Origin: Chloroflexia bacterium
GTDB taxonomy: Bacteria > Chloroflexota > Chloroflexia > QHBQ01 > JADMIH01
DNA: 27,773 nt
Direction of reading: 5' to 3'
Assembly: GCA_038232115.1 (NCBI GenBank)
Contig: JBBSIK010000001.1
Span: forward strand, 1 to 27,773
Positions 25,219 to 27,773 of this stretch are shown one piece after another (the stretch's first letter is position 1; every line of letters starts with the position of its first letter). Both the position numbers and the translations under genes were made by a program. The notes beneath the pieces are model-generated. The model searched no databases and was not told the origin of the DNA. It saw only the letters and a list, made by a program, of their open reading frames with translations.

Positions 25219-26322
25219 TTATTTCTGGACGAAAATCACGGTGTGGAAGTATTTGCCCGTGCTGCTTTTGACCACGCCAACACCTACGTAGTTGTATTTG
25301 GGGTCCATGATGATCGCATAATGGAGAGGCGAGTGCATGAAGCCATCGAAGGCCTGGAACACTGTCTGGTCCTGCGGGAAATCGTTCCAGGCGATGATCT
25401 CACCGGCCCACCTGTAAGGGACCCTGGCGCCTTTGAGTAGCGATATATAGTCGTCGCCGCCCGGCGGTTGGTGCGAGAAGTAGTTTTTGGCAGCCATATC
25501 GGAGGAGCGGTGCAGCGAAAGGCTTGCAACTATCGGGTCGGCTATAACCGGCTGCATACCGGCGGCTTGCCTGGCTCCGTTGATGCGATTAAGCAGGTCC
25601 TGCTCCATGCTATTATGAGCGTGGCCGGGGGCCGTCGCGGTCTGACCTGCCTGGTTGGCCTGCACCGAGATCGTGCCGGGAGTAGTGCGCGACTGCAAGT
25701 AGTCTTTGCCCAGCAAGCTAAGCTCCACGGGGAAGCCCTGTGCCGCCTTCTCCGGGTGGTATTCCATGCGAGCGCGCTCGAAATACTGCACTATCAGGCC
25801 ATTCTCGTTTGTAGGCTCGGACACAGGATAGCCCAGTACTCGCACGGTTCCATTCTTCTGCCAGTAATTGAGGAAGACCCCGCTGACCGAATGGCTCGTC
25901 TGGGGAATGTATGCTAGATTGGAACTGGAGTTGAACGGCGTCACTGGCGAGAGCGCGGGTTTGCCCTGCGCCGCATTGTCGCCCAGCAGAGAAAGTTGTA
26001 CCTCAAATGGGGTGCCCGCCGCCTCGCGGTGATACTCGAAACGCTGGCGCTCGAAGTACTGCACTGTCATGCCGCCTTCGGTTAGTTCATCAGTGAGGGG
26101 CAGGCCAAAGACCCGCAGACCGCCATTAGCGTTGTAAAATCCGAGGAATGCCCCGCCGATGCTATGTCCTGTGGCTGGGAAGTATAGACTGGAAGCTCCT
26201 GCGGGGATAGGAGCCTGTGCCAATGATGATGCCGCGATAGTTGCGGAGAGGATGATTCCACTGAGTGTAATTTGGGTTGCTACTTGCTTTATCCTGGAGA
26301 CGTTGTGGCAGAACTGAAGCAT
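25219..26322 (-). CDS. Secreted CAP/SCP-domain protein with two N-terminal YFPxTGH-type repeats
   Basis: Signal-like N-terminus. Repeats YFPATGHSIGGAFLGFY..GGLRVFGLPLTDE..QYFERQRFE and YIPQTSHSVSGVFLNYW..GTVRVLGYPVSE..QYFERARME. CAP motifs INGARQ, YFSH, GEIIA, MHSPLH..IM and VGVG. Confidence 0.88.
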   Translation of the reverse strand: MLQFCHNVSRIKQVATQITLSGIILSATIAASSLAQAPIPAGASSLYFPATGHSIGGAFLGFYNANGGLRVFGLPLTDELTEGGMTVQYFERQRFEYHREAAGTPFEVQLSLLGDNAAQGKPALSPVTPFNSSSNLAYIPQTSHSVSGVFLNYWQKNGTVRVLGYPVSEPTNENGLIVQYFERARMEYHPEKAAQGFPVELSLLGKDYLQSRTTPGTISVQANQAGQTATAPGHAHNSMEQDLLNRINGARQAAGMQPVIADPIVASLSLHRSSDMAAKNYFSHQPPGGDDYISLLKGARVPYRWAGEIIAWNDFPQDQTVFQAFDGFMHSPLHYAIIMDPKYNYVGVGVVKSSTGKYFHTVIFVQK

Positions 26323-26703
26323 GCGATACTCACTCCCTTAGCAGATTACCTTTACAGACTACGGACCGTGACAAAGAACCGGCTCGTCCATAATACTGAC
26401 AAGTCCGAAACTACCCATCGTAGCCGCCCCTATGATAACCAATTCACCGGGATGTATCCATAGGAAAATGGTCCATCCCCATACGCTATTTGCAGTAACT
26501 TTGGGTGCTCAGGCACGATATTGCTTTCTGGTAGAGCCTCGCAGCAGCTGAACAGGGCTGGTGCGACAGAAAGAAAGGACCAGGGCTGGCACAAAGCGGA
26601 ACATTGGGAGGGAAGGTCTTACAGGGCAGTTGAGCAGCCGGCATGCTCAACCTTATATCGGCCCGGAGAAGGATTCGAGCTACAAGCCTCTGAGATGTGC
26701 ATC

Positions 26704-26712
26704 TGGTATAAT
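26704..26712 (+). promoter_or_regulatory. Extended -10 promoter TGgTATAAT for the lipid kinase gene
   Basis: Consensus match about 70 nt upstream of GTG 26780. Confidence 0.6.
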
Positions 26713-26779
26713 CCGCAAGCTTAGGTTTCCACGTATGGGTGCAAAAGGGTGAATGGCAGGGGAAAAGTGAGGCTTTGTA

Positions 26780-27733
26780 GTGGATAAGAATCTTACCGAC
26801 GGGTGGCTAATGGTCATTTGCAACCCCGTCGCGGGTGGTGGCAGGGGCCTTGCCGCGCTCGCCATGCTCAAACGCATTCTCGATGCTGAGGGTGTGCGCT
26901 ACGTAAGCGAGATGACACATCGGCGAGGCGATGCGGTCCGGCTGGCGCGTTCGGCGGTGTTGCAGGGTTGTAGCGCAGTCGTGGCTGTGGGCGGCGACGG
27001 CACCCTGTTCGAGGTCGTCAATGGTGTTATGAACCCTGCCGGCCCTGGCAACGAAAGCAGGGAGCGCGCAGGCATCGCTGTGGGCCTGCTACAGGCGGGC
27101 CGTGGTAGCGACTTTGGTCGCTCTGCCGGCATCCCCTCCGACGTTGAGGCTGCCTGCGAGCGTCTGCTTGAGGGGCGCACGCAGATGATAGACCTGGGGC
27201 ACGTGACCTACACTTCGTTTCGGGGCGCTGAACAGTCGCGGTTCTTCGCCAATGCCGCAGGTCTCGGCTTCGATGCGGAGGTAACAGTGCGTGCCAATGC
27301 CGCGCCACGAGCACTGGGCGGGACCGTGCCCTACCTGACCAGTCTGCTGACCACGCTGGGCACCTACCGCAACAAGCCCGTCTCCGTGCGAGTGGACGAC
27401 GAAGGCGAATGGCACGCTCATGTCAATAGCGTGGTGGTTGCCAATGGGCAATTCTTCGGTGGAGGCATGAAGATAGCTCCTAACGCTCTGCTGGCCGATG
27501 GCGAGTTTGACATAATAGTGCTGGGCGACATGTCGAAGCTCGACCTGATGCTCAACGTGCCTCGTGTGTACGATGGCAGCCACGTCACTCACCCAAAGGT
27601 ACGCACCATGCGTGGCAGACGAATCGAAGTCAATAGCTCTACCCGCGTGCTTCTCCAGGCGGATGGGGAAGTGCTGGGCACAGCACCCGCCCTGTTCCGC
27701 ATCGCGCCCTCGGCCCTGCGCCTGATCGTCTAG
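26780..27733 (+). CDS. Diacylglycerol/lipid kinase family protein (YegS/DgkB/BmrU-like)
   Basis: NPVAGGG, VGGDGTLFEVVNG, GRGSDF, FANAAGLGFDA, NGQFFGGG and QADGE. Confidence 0.92.
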   Translation: MDKNLTDGWLMVICNPVAGGGRGLAALAMLKRILDAEGVRYVSEMTHRRGDAVRLARSAVLQGCSAVVAVGGDGTLFEVVNGVMNPAGPGNESRERAGIAVGLLQAGRGSDFGRSAGIPSDVEAACERLLEGRTQMIDLGHVTYTSFRGAEQSRFFANAAGLGFDAEVTVRANAAPRALGGTVPYLTSLLTTLGTYRNKPVSVRVDDEGEWHAHVNSVVVANGQFFGGGMKIAPNALLADGEFDIIVLGDMSKLDLMLNVPRVYDGSHVTHPKVRTMRGRRIEVNSSTRVLLQADGEVLGTAPALFRIAPSALRLIV

Positions 27734-27737
27734 TTGT

Positions 27738-27766
27738 TTGCATTCCCTAGCTGCAGGTGGTATAAT
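27738..27766 (+). promoter_or_regulatory. Promoter for the next gene beyond the window
   Basis: TTGCAT-17 nt-TATAAT with TG extension at 27758-27759. Confidence 0.7.
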
Positions 27767-27773
27767 CATTCGA

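Overview
Mostly housekeeping chromosomal window, probably from a Chloroflexota bacterium. That assignment is inferred from YFPxTGH-type repeats in a CAP protein and a large GT-C glycosyltransferase with a C-terminal extracellular domain. Genes in order: 3' end of an alpha-2-macroglobulin-like gene, murA (active-site Cys replaced by Asp), orphan pyrR, an IS110 element, pfpI/yhbO, GT-C glycosyltransferase, polX-PHP, a frameshifted NarL-type regulator, an NRAMP-related Mg transporter plus a soluble MgtE-N/CBS partner, alpha/beta hydrolase, Nudix, HIT, rhomboid, DUF1634 with two TauE/SafE genes, an unknown membrane protein plus lipoprotein, a divergent ClpP, a DUF4261-like protein, an ABC-ATPase remnant, a SAM methyltransferase, a linalool dehydratase/isomerase-like enzyme, a CAP protein and a DAG-kinase-family lipid kinase. 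The highlight is a complete IS110 (IS621-like) bridge-recombinase element at 3336-4814 on the minus strand. All four guide segments of its bridge RNA can be read from the sequence. They specify donor ACCGTAT-CT-CGTAT and target ATATCTC-CT-TTCCT. The target is the reverse complement of the pfpI Shine-Dalgarno region (AGGAAAGGAGATAT), and the insertion regenerates a usable SD. Also notable: a recurring GTAAGTGTTCA inverted-repeat MITE-like family, two REP-like doublets, and four apparently leaderless genes. No rRNA, tRNA or CRISPR array was recognised. All homology calls come from motif recognition by eye, not database searches.
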